53,295 nt of DNA from an uncultured Oscillospiraceae bacterium (GCA_947627085.1 CANQUO010000001.1:1-53295); one strand, 5' to 3'; counted from the first letter of the stretch, positions 1 through 9,066 are shown. The notes: a model not told the origin generated them from the sequence alone. A program made the numbers and translations.

Positions 1-2676
1 TCGGCGGGGCAGGAGCAGGCGCTGATGCACGCGCTGAGGGTGAGGCCGAGGGAGCGGTACCAGTCGGTGAAGGAGTTTCACACGGCGCTGTACGAGGGCG
101 TCGTGACGGTGCGCCTTGAGGGCGGCGATGAGGAACAGGAGATTTCTGTCGCCAAGGGCGACGTGCTCAAGGCCGCGGAGCTCCCCGTACCGGTGAAGGA
201 GGGCTATACCTTCACCGGGTGGTATACCGATGAAAGCCGTCAAAGCCGGCTTACGGAGCTGACGGTGAAGGACGAGCTCACGCTTTACGCCGGGTGGAGG
301 CAGAGGAAAAAGCCGGAAAACGACCGGAAAAGGACAAAAAAGCCCTTCTGGAAGAACCGGGTGTTCCAGATAAGTGCGGCGGCGGTGCTTGGCGTGGCGA
401 TACTGGGCGGGATACTGGGCCTTGCCCTTTCGGGCCGCCCCGGCACGCCGGGAGGCGCCTCGGAGCCCCAGGACAGCTCAGGGCCGGAGACCTCCGGGTC
501 CGAGGAGACCTCCGGGCAGGCCAAGCCCAGGGCGAAGAGCGTCTATAGCTTTGAAGAACTCATGAGCTGTATGGCGGACAGCAACGAATATACCGTTTTG
601 GAATGCTACGGCTATGACTTCATCGTGGACGGGCCCATTGAGATAACGAAGCCCGTGCTCATCCGCGGGGAGAACCGCTATGTGGAGATAGGGGATGAGA
701 TTAAGCTGAGCTCAAGCCTTACATTCGAAGGGGAGGTGCATTTTAACAGCGGGCGCGTGACCGTCGCCGGCGAGGGGGCCGACCTTATAATGAAGGGCGG
801 CTGCTCCGGCGAGGGCTTTATCAGGACGCAACAGGGCGGCAAGGTGACGTGCTCCGGCGACAGGCGCTTCTACACCGACATAATGTGGCTTTCGGATTAC
901 TCCGACCTTGTGACCACCGACGGCGCGGTCATGGAAAACGACGTGTCGTATATCGTCTTTGACGAGGATGAGGCATTTAAAAACGCCGTCCGTGTGTCGG
1001 ACAGCCAGATGCTTAGGAGCGCCACGTCAAACAGCTCCGTCGAATCGATAATCATAGACTCCGATATACGTCTTGCGGGCGGGGAGCTGGAGATAAATAA
1101 ACCGCTGATTATCGCCGAGGGCGCCACGGTGACCGGCGACGGGAGCGGCCTCGTGATACAAAACTCCCTTGTGAACAACGGCAAAATAACGGGTCAGGCC
1201 GGACTGCGTGTGGAGGGCGGGACCTTCGTCAACAACGGCGAGTTGACCTCCGACATGTACATCTTGATAAAAGGGAACGCGGGCTTTATTAACAACGGGA
1301 CCTTCGCGCCGAGCTCGGTGGAATTCAACGACGAGAGCTTCACCGTGAATTTCGGTAATATGACCGCGAAGCCCGGCGACGGGAACTGCGTCAATATTTG
1401 GGGCTCCTCCACGATAGTGAATTACGGCGAATTTGAGCAAAGCGGTGTGATAGCCTGGATACACGGCCTCAGCACCTTCGACAACCGCGGCAGGGTGACC
1501 GTCGACGGAAATCTGAACAACAGGGGTCTGTTCAGAAATCACGGCGAGGTGAGCATCTCCGGAATCTTCAATAATCACGCGGGGGCGCTGGACGCAAGGG
1601 GTGGGGATATCTCCACCACCGGCGGGGGGTATATATCCAGCGGGATCGTTTTGACAGAGCCTGACACCGTCGAAAATGTGGACAGACTGAATATTGACGA
1701 GGGCTGCAGGGTAATTTCAGGAAACGGGTGGACCGGGGAAGTCTGGCCGGTGTACACAGCCGACGACCTGCGCTACCACGTGGCGAATGACCCGAAGCAG
1801 TATGGCATCAGTGTGGACGGGACCATAAGCCTGGCCGGCGACCTGACGGTGGACCGGGATATGGCCATACCCGAGGGATCATTTCTGGTGGTGGAGGGTC
1901 AATTGACGGTCAGGGGAGGTACGCTTGAGGTGACCGGCTCTTTAAGCGCCCGATCCGTCCGTGTCGAGGACGGCGGATTTATAAGTTTGGGCGGTAACAG
2001 CGTTGACCCGCCGGCCCTGTCGCTCACCGGAGGCGATCTTGTCATAACAGGCGGCTCCGGCGGCGCGGCGTACAGCGGCGTGAAGCTCAACGGCGGCAAG
2101 CTGATCGTCTCCGGCGGGTCCGGCTTTGTCAACTCAAACGATATGACCGACTGCGGCGGACTTGTGCTGGACGGCAATTCGACGATGTATGACCTTACGA
2201 ATATAAACTTGTGGGATGACGCCGCCGTTACAGTGGGCGACGGCTGTGTCCTCCAGTCCATGAATCTCAACTCAGGCGCCGACTACACCGTAAGCGAGGG
2301 CGGCCGCCTCACGGTCAGCGGATATTTCCGTCTGTCGGGCCAGGGCAGTATCACGAACAGAGGGGAACTGAGCATTACGGCTCTCAGCACGAGCATCGAG
2401 TGCCCGATAGACAACAGGGGACAGATGGATATTGACGCGTGGGACTATACTGAGTGCTATATACGCAGTGAGATCACGAACCGTGGGGAGCTTACAATGG
2501 CCGGCGACATCACCGTTGACGGCGGAGGCTCAATAGTGAACAGGAACGAGATTCGCTACATTTGGGGCGACTTTATTAACCGCGGCAGAGTCGATAACCG
2601 GGGGAATTTCAGAGGCGAGGAGGACTTTAACCTTGCCGACCCCGGCGACTGGTCAGGAAACGGCGTGATACGGTAA
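1..2676 (+). CDS. 5'-truncated membrane Ser/Thr kinase-like protein (end of kinase C-lobe, Flg_new/InlB-B repeat, one TM helix, extracellular beta-helix-like repeat region)
   Basis: The frame is open from nt 1, so the listed ATG at 25 is internal. RPRERYQSVKEFHTAL resembles the end of Hanks-type kinase domains. GYTFTGWYTDES is the Listeria-Bacteroides repeat signature. A hydrophobic segment FQISAAAVLGVAILGGILGLAL follows, then about 700 aa with recurring xN(N/R)G(x)(I/L/F) turns typical of parallel beta-helices. Confidence 0.6.
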   Translation, partial: SAGQEQALMHALRVRPRERYQSVKEFHTALYEGVVTVRLEGGDEEQEISVAKGDVLKAAELPVPVKEGYTFTGWYTDESRQSRLTELTVKDELTLYAGWRQRKKPENDRKRTKKPFWKNRVFQISAAAVLGVAILGGILGLALSGRPGTPGGASEPQDSSGPETSGSEETSGQAKPRAKSVYSFEELMSCMADSNEYTVLECYGYDFIVDGPIEITKPVLIRGENRYVEIGDEIKLSSSLTFEGEVHFNSGRVTVAGEGADLIMKGGCSGEGFIRTQQGGKVTCSGDRRFYTDIMWLSDYSDLVTTDGAVMENDVSYIVFDEDEAFKNAVRVSDSQMLRSATSNSSVESIIIDSDIRLAGGELEINKPLIIAEGATVTGDGSGLVIQNSLVNNGKITGQAGLRVEGGTFVNNGELTSDMYILIKGNAGFINNGTFAPSSVEFNDESFTVNFGNMTAKPGDGNCVNIWGSSTIVNYGEFEQSGVIAWIHGLSTFDNRGRVTVDGNLNNRGLFRNHGEVSISGIFNNHAGALDARGGDISTTGGGYISSGIVLTEPDTVENVDRLNIDEGCRVISGNGWTGEVWPVYTADDLRYHVANDPKQYGISVDGTISLAGDLTVDRDMAIPEGSFLVVEGQLTVRGGTLEVTGSLSARSVRVEDGGFISLGGNSVDPPALSLTGGDLVITGGSGGAAYSGVKLNGGKLIVSGGSGFVNSNDMTDCGGLVLDGNSTMYDLTNINLWDDAAVTVGDGCVLQSMNLNSGADYTVSEGGRLTVSGYFRLSGQGSITNRGELSITALSTSIECPIDNRGQMDIDAWDYTECYIRSEITNRGELTMAGDITVDGGGSIVNRNEIRYIWGDFINRGRVDNRGNFRGEEDFNLADPGDWSGNGVIR

Positions 2677-2688
2677 AATCCAAATCAA

Positions 2689-2720
2689 TTCCCCGGGCGG
2701 ATGCCCGGGGAAGATTTTTT
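2689..2720 (+). terminator. Rho-independent terminator after the kinase-like gene
   Basis: Stem TTCCCCGGGC / GCCCGGGGAA with loop GGAT, followed by GATTTTTT. Confidence 0.7.
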
Positions 2721-3023
2721 GGCGCATTTACGCAACATTTGAACGGCCTTAGCAAGGACAAGACGGGTGAGATTAACGCAAGACCGAAAACCCGCAGGCT
2801 TTCCCTTCTGGCATTAAAAGCAATGCCTTATAATTTCGTTTCCCGTAAATGATCCGGTGAATTTGCACCGTATCGTCCGCGACCTTATAAAAGACCAGAT
2901 ACTTCTCCACCACAAGCACCCGATAACCGTGGGCGGAGAGGGCCAGATCACGGGCGCGCGGACAGCGTTCAGGCATCGTAGAGAGACTGGCTATTTCCCC
3001 GGTAAGCAGGTCGTAATATTTAA

Positions 3024-3042
3024 TACTAATATCTAATTAAAA
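3024..3042. repeat. Left terminal inverted repeat of the MITE-like element
   Basis: Matches the reverse complement of 3165..3183 at 18 of 19 positions. Confidence 0.8.
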
Positions 3043-3164
3043 TAAGCCATTCGCGGCGGCCTTTTTTGCGTCATGCGGCGTCAGCCGCCTTGGAAATACC
3101 AATGGGTATTCCCTGCGTCGCCTTCCTTGCCTGACACGAAATATCCTCGCCGCTCGGTGTCTCC

Positions 3165-3183
3165 TTTTAAATAGATATTAGTA
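3165..3183. repeat. Right terminal inverted repeat of the MITE-like element
   Basis: Matches the reverse complement of 3024..3042 at 18 of 19 positions. Confidence 0.8.
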
Positions 3184-3266
3184 TAAGCGCGGCTTGCGGG
3201 GAGAGGGTGTTCAGGTAATCGATCACGCTGAGAAGGTCCTGTTTGGCGGCGGGATATATGATAACT

Positions 3267-3542
3267 TTATATTCCCGTTCCATGGACACGCTCCCGAAGC
3301 TGACGGGCCACCGTCTGAAAATCTTCGCCCTTGGCGCCGTCCGCTATCTCCTGCTCCGCAATGGCGAGCTTGCCGTAAAGCTCAAGGAGCGCGGCTTGAC
3401 GCTCGTATTCCTCGGTACTGAGTACCACAATATCCCCGGAACCGTTACGGGTGATGAACACCGGCTCGCGGGTCCGATGGCAGAAGTCGGAAATTTCATT
3501 GGCGTTGTTCTGCAAATCGGATATGGGACGGATCATAGACAT
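3267..3542 (-). CDS. Phd/YefM-family type II antitoxin
   Basis: MSMIRPISDLQNNANEISDFCHRTREPVFITRNGSGDIVVLSTEEYE is the classic Phd/YefM N-terminal fold signature. The ATG at 3542 lies 6 nt after AAGGAGGTG, and the listed GTG at 3551 lies inside that RBS. The gene sits immediately upstream of the toxin gene and overlaps it. Confidence 0.8.
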   Translation of the reverse strand: MSMIRPISDLQNNANEISDFCHRTREPVFITRNGSGDIVVLSTEEYERQAALLELYGKLAIAEQEIADGAKGEDFQTVARQLRERVHGTGI

Positions 3543-3565
3543 GACTGCCACCTCCTTGTGGAGAT

Positions 3566-3594
3566 ATTATAGCAAAATTATGAGTAAATATCAA
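3566..3594 (-). promoter_or_regulatory. Sigma-70-type promoter of the toxin-antitoxin operon
   Basis: On the minus strand, TTGATA (3589..3594), a 17-nt spacer and TATAAT (3566..3571), about 25 nt upstream of the antitoxin RBS. Confidence 0.6.
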
Positions 3595-3609
3595 TATGCT
3601 TTTAGAATC

Positions 3610-3649
3610 GGGGAAAAGCACGACCGGCGGGCGGGGTGCTCGCCGGTCG
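3610..3649 (-). terminator. Probable terminator downstream of the giant pilin-like gene
   Basis: Stem CGACCGGCG / CGCCGGTCG (3621..3629 and 3641..3649), followed on the minus strand by TGCTTTTCCCC. Confidence 0.45.
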
Positions 3650-3701
3650 GTGTACTTGGGGCGGGGAACAACCCTTTCCCGGCCCGAGGTACCTGATCAA
3701 A

Positions 3702-6700
3702 TCACGGATTATTGGGCCAGTAGCCGTAGTGGACGAACTGTTGGCCTCCTTTTGTACCCTTTGTATTATCAGGGTAACCCTTTACCACGGCGGGGAAGGG
3801 ATAGCTATCCGGGCTCGGAGCTGTCGTGGTGCTGGAGTCGGGTTCGGCCCAGAAGCTGATAACAGTGTCTCCTGATTGGCTAAAGCCAGTACCAGCACCC
3901 ATGCAGGTTTTGAGTTGATCCAAGGTCGCTGCGGTGACGCCACTACTGCCCCAATCCCTCGCTCTTCCGGATAGGCCGTCGCTCCAGTAGTGGCAGTTTT
4001 GGTAGTTACCATCTCGATAACCAACTGGGCCAATACCGTATTTGACACTACTAGTGATCTTCATATAGGAGTATACGTTCTTATAGATTACAGCTCCATA
4101 AGTACCATGTGCTAACCCCACGATTCCGCCGAAGTAGCCGTTGCCGCTGATCTCGCTGCCGGCGTAACTATTCGTGATGTTGACGCTGCCGGCATTCACA
4201 CAGCCAACAACCCCGCCGGCACAATGTGCATTATCCCCTGTATACTCCAGCTTATTGACTGCTTCACTGTTATTGATGTACAAATAATAGTTTCTACCTC
4301 CTGCTCTGTTAACTTCGCCGACCAGACCGCCGAGATACTGCGATGAATTGGACATTGAGTATCCTGCGACAACGCAGTTCGCGATATTGATGTCGCCATA
4401 ACCGGTAACGGAACCGGCCAGGCCGCCAGCGGCCGCACCACTACCGGTAACCGTCGCGGTTCCGCTGGGGGAGTAGAGGATGATGTTCTCAAGTTTGGTG
4501 TCATACCCTCTGACAGAGGTGAACAGGCCGCTCGTCATGTTGAGTTCCAGGATGCGGTAGCTCTGGCCGTCATACGTTCCGATGGGTTCCGAACTCCACT
4601 CTCTGCCGAAATCGCTTGCGCCGGTGTAGATATAGCTGCTCCCCGCATACACATCATGAGTCTGCTGGTAGCTGTGGTTATCTTTGTCCGGAATATTATC
4701 CAGCTGGCGCACGTTGCGGATTTGGTAGGGGGTGCCAGAAGAGCCCAAGCTGTTGTCCAGCGAAATAGCCGCCGCAAAACCAAGGTTGAGATAGTAGGTG
4801 TATTTACCGCCGGCGGGATTGTCTATCTCGCTTGTGACGGTCGTGGAGGCATCCGCCGTCGCGCCGGTGTAGACTTTGACAGTTGCGTCATCATAGGAAT
4901 ACCCTGCTAGAGCATCATTAAGGGCGGCGGCTAAGCCAGTGGGGGCGGTGGCGCTTATATCCGTAACGCCGGTGCCGCTGAGGGTATCTGTCAACCCAAT
5001 GGTGCCGTAGCCCCAGTCGGTGTTGCTGGTGGCGTAGGTGCCCATCGCCTCTTCCACCGAGTGGTGCGTCTTGCAGAGGGTGCTGATGGGCGAAAGCGGT
5101 GTCGCGGTTGTGCCGCCGGTTTCAAGGCCCAGAACGTAGACCTCGTAGCCACTGCCCTCCTTTGCCCAATAGAAGCAGGCCTCGATCTTCGCCACCGGCC
5201 AGTCTCCGTAGTGGGCGGTCTGACCGGAAACGTAGGGGTACTGTTTGGGCTTCGTCAAATCCGGCTGGCCGGTGGTAGCATCCTTATCATACAGAGCCTC
5301 GTCGTAGGGATAGGTCTTGAAGCCGGAAGTGGTGTTGTCGGTGGGGGTGGTGAGGTAAGTTTCCTCGCGCAGGTCGCCTTTAATGGCCGCACCCAGGGCG
5401 TAGGCGGTGTTGGTGGTCCCGACAGTGACGCTTGCCGTCGGATCGCCTGTTGTATTATCCGTCCGTACACCGCCAACCAGCAATCCGGCAAGGTCTGAGC
5501 CACTGGCATCAGCGCTTACCGAGCAGGTGGAGTAGTTGACGCCGCTGAGCGTGGCGATGCCATTATCATCACCCTCGACATAACCAATCAGTCCGCCGAC
5601 CTGCTTGTTGCCGGACACGTTGGCATCGCTTGTGTCATAGGTGCCGCTCTTTGTGTGGCCGCCGGAGTAGCAGTCGGTGAGAGTGGTGGTCACGCCAGCG
5701 TCCACGGCAAGCTTCCCAATCAGCCCGCCAACTTCATCGTAGCCTTTCACCTTCACGGCGGCGAAGCATTTCTCAAGCTTAGTGCCTGATTTAACGCTAC
5801 CAATCAGACCGCCGGTGCTTGCTTTATCGGAGTTCCTAACGACCTTAAACGTTTCGTAGGCGTCCGCAACGCCGGTGGGCTTGTTGCCGGTTGTATTGTC
5901 CACATAGACGCCGCAGTCGGTGACGGAATCCCCCTGAAAACGTCCGGCCAGAGCGCCCGTGTGGTTTTCGTTACCAGAAGTGCTCACAATGCTCACATTC
6001 ACCAGACGGATATTGCTCAGGGTGCCTCGCGTGTTCCCGAACAGGCCGGTCCCACTCTCGTTGGTACCCTCACCAATGTAGAGGTTGCGGATGAAGAAAT
6101 GGTTGCCATCATAGCTACCGCCATTTTTGCTCAGCGAGGCCGGGGTCTGGCGTGGGCCGGTACTACTCTTGCCCTTCAAATCCGCGTCCGCGTACTTGTC
6201 GTAGTCGATATTCAGCAACTGCACATAAGCACGCTTTTGGGCGGCTTTCTGGGCTTCTGTGCCCTTGTTAAACTCGTCCCCCGTGGCCGCCGCAAGATTC
6301 GCCAGTTGCCGCGCGGTACGGATCACGACTTTACCGTCGAAGTTGCCGGTCAACGTACTACCGGTACCCGCCGCGCCGTCCTTGGCTTGGGGCGTTGCGG
6401 GCTTGGGAGTCGTCGTTTCCTGTACGATCTCGCACGCGAAGAACGGGTTGAACCAGTATTTCGCGCCGCCAAGGTCAATTTCGTAGTAATAAGACGTTTC
6501 GTCTGAACCGTCGCTGTTGACATCCGCGATGTAGTCATCAAGGCCGGTGATTTTGTGAAGCTCGTATGTGGTGCCGTCATGCTCGACTGTGACGGCGTTG
6601 TTGGACGCGTCTTTGATTTGTTCAACATCATAAGACTTCCCGTCCACCGTGACGCTGGCCGGGGCCGAATCACCGTCCTTTACCAGCACGCAGTACCCAT

Positions 6701-8978
6701 CATCCGTGGCGTAGGGGCCGCTGGGGCCGGTGGTGCCAACGGCGAGGGTGTTTACAGGGGTAGTCGTCCCGCCTGCCGGGTCGACAATATAGCCCCACAC
6801 GCCGTAGGTGCCGTTGACGACATCGTAGTAGCAGAAGGAACTGGCGGAGGCCTCTTTGAGCCAGTCGCCGTAGTGCATGGTGAGGTGCGTGGCGTAGGGG
6901 TAGACGGTGGTTTTCAGCGTTTCGTCGTAGGGGACGGTTATGAAGTCGGACACCGTGTTTGTGCCGCGATCGGTGCCGAGGTAGGTGTTTTCGTCGTGAA
7001 GGCCGGTTGTGATTTTGGTTGGCGTACCGCTACTCACGTCAAACGCTTCGCCCGTGGCATAGATTTTGCCGTCAGGCGTTGTAGAATCGCGCTGGACGTT
7101 TACAGAACTACTAACAGTCCCAATCAGTTGTCCGCAGGTGCTTTGATTAGCCGCTACCGTTATTCCCACGGAGCAAGTGCTGTAATTGTTGCCGGAGAAG
7201 GTGAGTGTATAGCCTGAACCGGTGCTGTCGTCCACACCCCCAATCAGTCCGCCCACGTTCTGGTCTCCGGCCACATTTGCGCTGACATACTTCCCGTCCA
7301 CGGTGTGGCCGCCGGAGTAGCAGTTTGTGAAGGCGGAATTGGAATTTACCTGTCCGACAAGTCCGCCGACGTCGGTAGCGCCGGTCACCTTCACGGAGGC
7401 GAAGCTTTGGGACAAAGCCGCCGCTGAGGTTATATTGCCGACAAGACCGCCGACATGCTCCGCTCCCTCGACTGTAAGCTCATCGTAGGGGTGTTCAACG
7501 GCGGCAACGGTGGCCGGTTTGCTGACTTCGTCCACATAAGCGCCGCAGTTGGTGATAACAGTGCCGTTGTACTGCCCGGCCAGCGCGCCCACGTTGTTGC
7601 CGCCGGTGACGTCGGCGTTCACAAGGCGGATTTTTTTAAGCTCAGCGGCGGTGGTACCGAACAGGCCGACATTTTCGCCGGTTTCGTCGATAAGCAATTC
7701 GCTGATGGCGAGCCCCGCGCCGTTGTAGGAGGTGAGTTTGTCATTTTTGATCGGCGTGAAATTGCGTATGGGTTTGGCCGCCGTTCCGTATGTTTTCGCC
7801 CATGAGTAGACATCACTCACGCCGGTGGCGTCAAAATCGATGTTCCGGGTCTGGACGGCGCTTGTGATTGTGTCGGTCACGCCGGAGGTGTCTTTGTTCA
7901 GATTTTGCAGATGCCGCCCGTAGGCGATATGGGCGGTGTATTTGCCTGTTCCTAAGCCTGCGGGGTCAGTAATCTCCTCCACGTCGGCGAAGAGGCTGTT
8001 GACGTCTCGCCAGTACACGCGTTGGGAAATGTACTTGTTGCCGCCAGCGTCGTAGGCGGTGACCTTTACCGTGATGTCAAAATTCGCGCCGGGGGTGATG
8101 GTGTAGATGCCTGACCCCGACACTGTCTCGACCCAGTTTTTGAAGCTCTTGCCTACGCTCCATGCCGCTTTCGAAGGCGTGTTTGGATAGTCTGTTTTGA
8201 GGGTGTCCAAGGCGATTGTGCCGGTGTAAACATCTGAACCTTCTACTAAATCGACATCATCGTTGCCCACAATTTTCGAGAAGATGGACACTTCTTCCCC
8301 ACCACCGGAGGCGGTAATCGTCACATTTGCCTTGACGGTATCGATCGGACCGGTAGCATCACGCGGCACGGTGATGGTCAGCAACAGTTCCTCGGCGTTT
8401 GTCACCTGGAGGGACGGGATGGGGGTCTGGTTGAGCTTCAGACGCTCGACATTGGAGTCGAAGCCGGGGCCGCCGTAGTAGCCCACCATGTTGCCGTTTT
8501 TTAACCGATCGCTCTTGTCCGGATTGACGGTGGTATAGGCTTTCGAATATTCAAAGTCGCCGTCATCTTCCCAGTACCAAACCGCGTAGACTACGCCGGA
8601 ATCCGGGAAAATCTCCACCACGTAATGGCCGTCGTGGAGCTGGGATTCGATGGAGCCACCGAGTACGATGGTGTCGAGGTTAGCATCTTCGGTCACGGGG
8701 GTAAGCTCGACGTAGCCCACACCGGGCACACTCACCGTTTTTGAAGTACCGAGGGCCGTGAGGTCCTCACCGGCGGCTGTCATGGCCGTAAGTCTGCTCT
8801 GGGCGGCCATGAAGATGGTCTTGGCGCTGTCGTCCAGCTCCGTGAGCTTCAGGGAGCGGTAGTAGGCCAGGACGTTGGGAATCGCTACGGCCAGAAGGAT
8901 TCCGATGATCGCAACGACGGTCAGGACCTCGGCCAGCGTGAAGCCACGGCGGTTTCTTCTTTCTGATTTTTTGAACAT
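3702..8978 (-). CDS. Giant (1758 aa) protein with a type IV prepilin N-terminal cleavage/methylation domain and three GLUG-repeat modules
   Basis: The N-terminus MFKKSERRNRRG/FTLAEVLTVVAIIGILLAVAIP gives Gly at -1, Phe at +1, Glu at +5 and a hydrophobic helix. Three paralogous modules span approximately aa 345-706, 885-1260 and 1415-1754. They are rich in VGGL(V/I)G GLUG motifs, and each ends with HYG(D/Y)WP. GAGGTG lies 8 nt before the ATG. Confidence 0.85.
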   Translation of the reverse strand: MFKKSERRNRRGFTLAEVLTVVAIIGILLAVAIPNVLAYYRSLKLTELDDSAKTIFMAAQSRLTAMTAAGEDLTALGTSKTVSVPGVGYVELTPVTEDANLDTIVLGGSIESQLHDGHYVVEIFPDSGVVYAVWYWEDDGDFEYSKAYTTVNPDKSDRLKNGNMVGYYGGPGFDSNVERLKLNQTPIPSLQVTNAEELLLTITVPRDATGPIDTVKANVTITASGGGEEVSIFSKIVGNDDVDLVEGSDVYTGTIALDTLKTDYPNTPSKAAWSVGKSFKNWVETVSGSGIYTITPGANFDITVKVTAYDAGGNKYISQRVYWRDVNSLFADVEEITDPAGLGTGKYTAHIAYGRHLQNLNKDTSGVTDTITSAVQTRNIDFDATGVSDVYSWAKTYGTAAKPIRNFTPIKNDKLTSYNGAGLAISELLIDETGENVGLFGTTAAELKKIRLVNADVTGGNNVGALAGQYNGTVITNCGAYVDEVSKPATVAAVEHPYDELTVEGAEHVGGLVGNITSAAALSQSFASVKVTGATDVGGLVGQVNSNSAFTNCYSGGHTVDGKYVSANVAGDQNVGGLIGGVDDSTGSGYTLTFSGNNYSTCSVGITVAANQSTCGQLIGTVSSSVNVQRDSTTPDGKIYATGEAFDVSSGTPTKITTGLHDENTYLGTDRGTNTVSDFITVPYDETLKTTVYPYATHLTMHYGDWLKEASASSFCYYDVVNGTYGVWGYIVDPAGGTTTPVNTLAVGTTGPSGPYATDDGYCVLVKDGDSAPASVTVDGKSYDVEQIKDASNNAVTVEHDGTTYELHKITGLDDYIADVNSDGSDETSYYYEIDLGGAKYWFNPFFACEIVQETTTPKPATPQAKDGAAGTGSTLTGNFDGKVVIRTARQLANLAAATGDEFNKGTEAQKAAQKRAYVQLLNIDYDKYADADLKGKSSTGPRQTPASLSKNGGSYDGNHFFIRNLYIGEGTNESGTGLFGNTRGTLSNIRLVNVSIVSTSGNENHTGALAGRFQGDSVTDCGVYVDNTTGNKPTGVADAYETFKVVRNSDKASTGGLIGSVKSGTKLEKCFAAVKVKGYDEVGGLIGKLAVDAGVTTTLTDCYSGGHTKSGTYDTSDANVSGNKQVGGLIGYVEGDDNGIATLSGVNYSTCSVSADASGSDLAGLLVGGVRTDNTTGDPTASVTVGTTNTAYALGAAIKGDLREETYLTTPTDNTTSGFKTYPYDEALYDKDATTGQPDLTKPKQYPYVSGQTAHYGDWPVAKIEACFYWAKEGSGYEVYVLGLETGGTTATPLSPISTLCKTHHSVEEAMGTYATSNTDWGYGTIGLTDTLSGTGVTDISATAPTGLAAALNDALAGYSYDDATVKVYTGATADASTTVTSEIDNPAGGKYTYYLNLGFAAAISLDNSLGSSGTPYQIRNVRQLDNIPDKDNHSYQQTHDVYAGSSYIYTGASDFGREWSSEPIGTYDGQSYRILELNMTSGLFTSVRGYDTKLENIILYSPSGTATVTGSGAAAGGLAGSVTGYGDINIANCVVAGYSMSNSSQYLGGLVGEVNRAGGRNYYLYINNSEAVNKLEYTGDNAHCAGGVVGCVNAGSVNITNSYAGSEISGNGYFGGIVGLAHGTYGAVIYKNVYSYMKITSSVKYGIGPVGYRDGNYQNCHYWSDGLSGRARDWGSSGVTAATLDQLKTCMGAGTGFSQSGDTVISFWAEPDSSTTTAPSPDSYPFPAVVKGYPDNTKGTKGGQQFVHYGYWPNNP

Positions 8979-9014
8979 ATGGCGGACACCTCGCTAAGAT
9001 AGGCACCGCCCGGT

Positions 9015-9040
9015 GGCCCAAAAGGTACACCTTTTGAACC
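9015..9040. repeat. hix/gix-like recombination site L (imperfect 12-2-12 palindrome, core AC)
   Basis: Sequence GGCCCAAAAGGT AC ACCTTTTGAACC. Its reverse complement matches 9131..9156 at 21/26 positions overall and 20/22 in the core. Confidence 0.6.
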
Positions 9041-9066
9041 AGTGGCGGAAAGCCTTGATTTGCCTG

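Larger units (their letters stand above)
3024..3183. mobile_element. 160-bp non-autonomous MITE-like element (19-bp TIRs, 3-bp TAA target-site duplication at 3021..3023 and 3184..3186)
   Basis: TIR-L is TACTAATATCTAATTAAAA and the reverse complement of TIR-R is TACTAATATCTATTTAAAA (18/19 match). Identical TAA triplets flank both ends. There is no ORF inside, and the interior has GC-rich hairpins. Confidence 0.75.
2773..3283 (-). pseudogene. ParE/RelE-family type II toxin gene interrupted by a MITE-like insertion
   Basis: The N-terminal fragment 3167..3283 reads MEREYKVIIYPAAKQDLLSVIDYLNTLSPQAAL, then runs into the element and stops. The C-terminal fragment 2773..3021 reads KYYDLLTGEIASLSTMPERCP...HGYRVLVVEKYLVFYKV...IHRIIYGKRNY. 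The ATG at 3283 overlaps the antitoxin stop. Deleting 3024..3186 joins both fragments in frame into a 115-aa ORF. Confidence 0.8.

Noticed and set aside
3702-8978. Periodic GLUG-coding repeats considered as a CRISPR-like or DGR-type variable region
   Set aside because: The repeats are protein-level modules of about 1 kb with only moderate identity, not short direct repeats with spacers. No reverse transcriptase or template repeat is present in the window.
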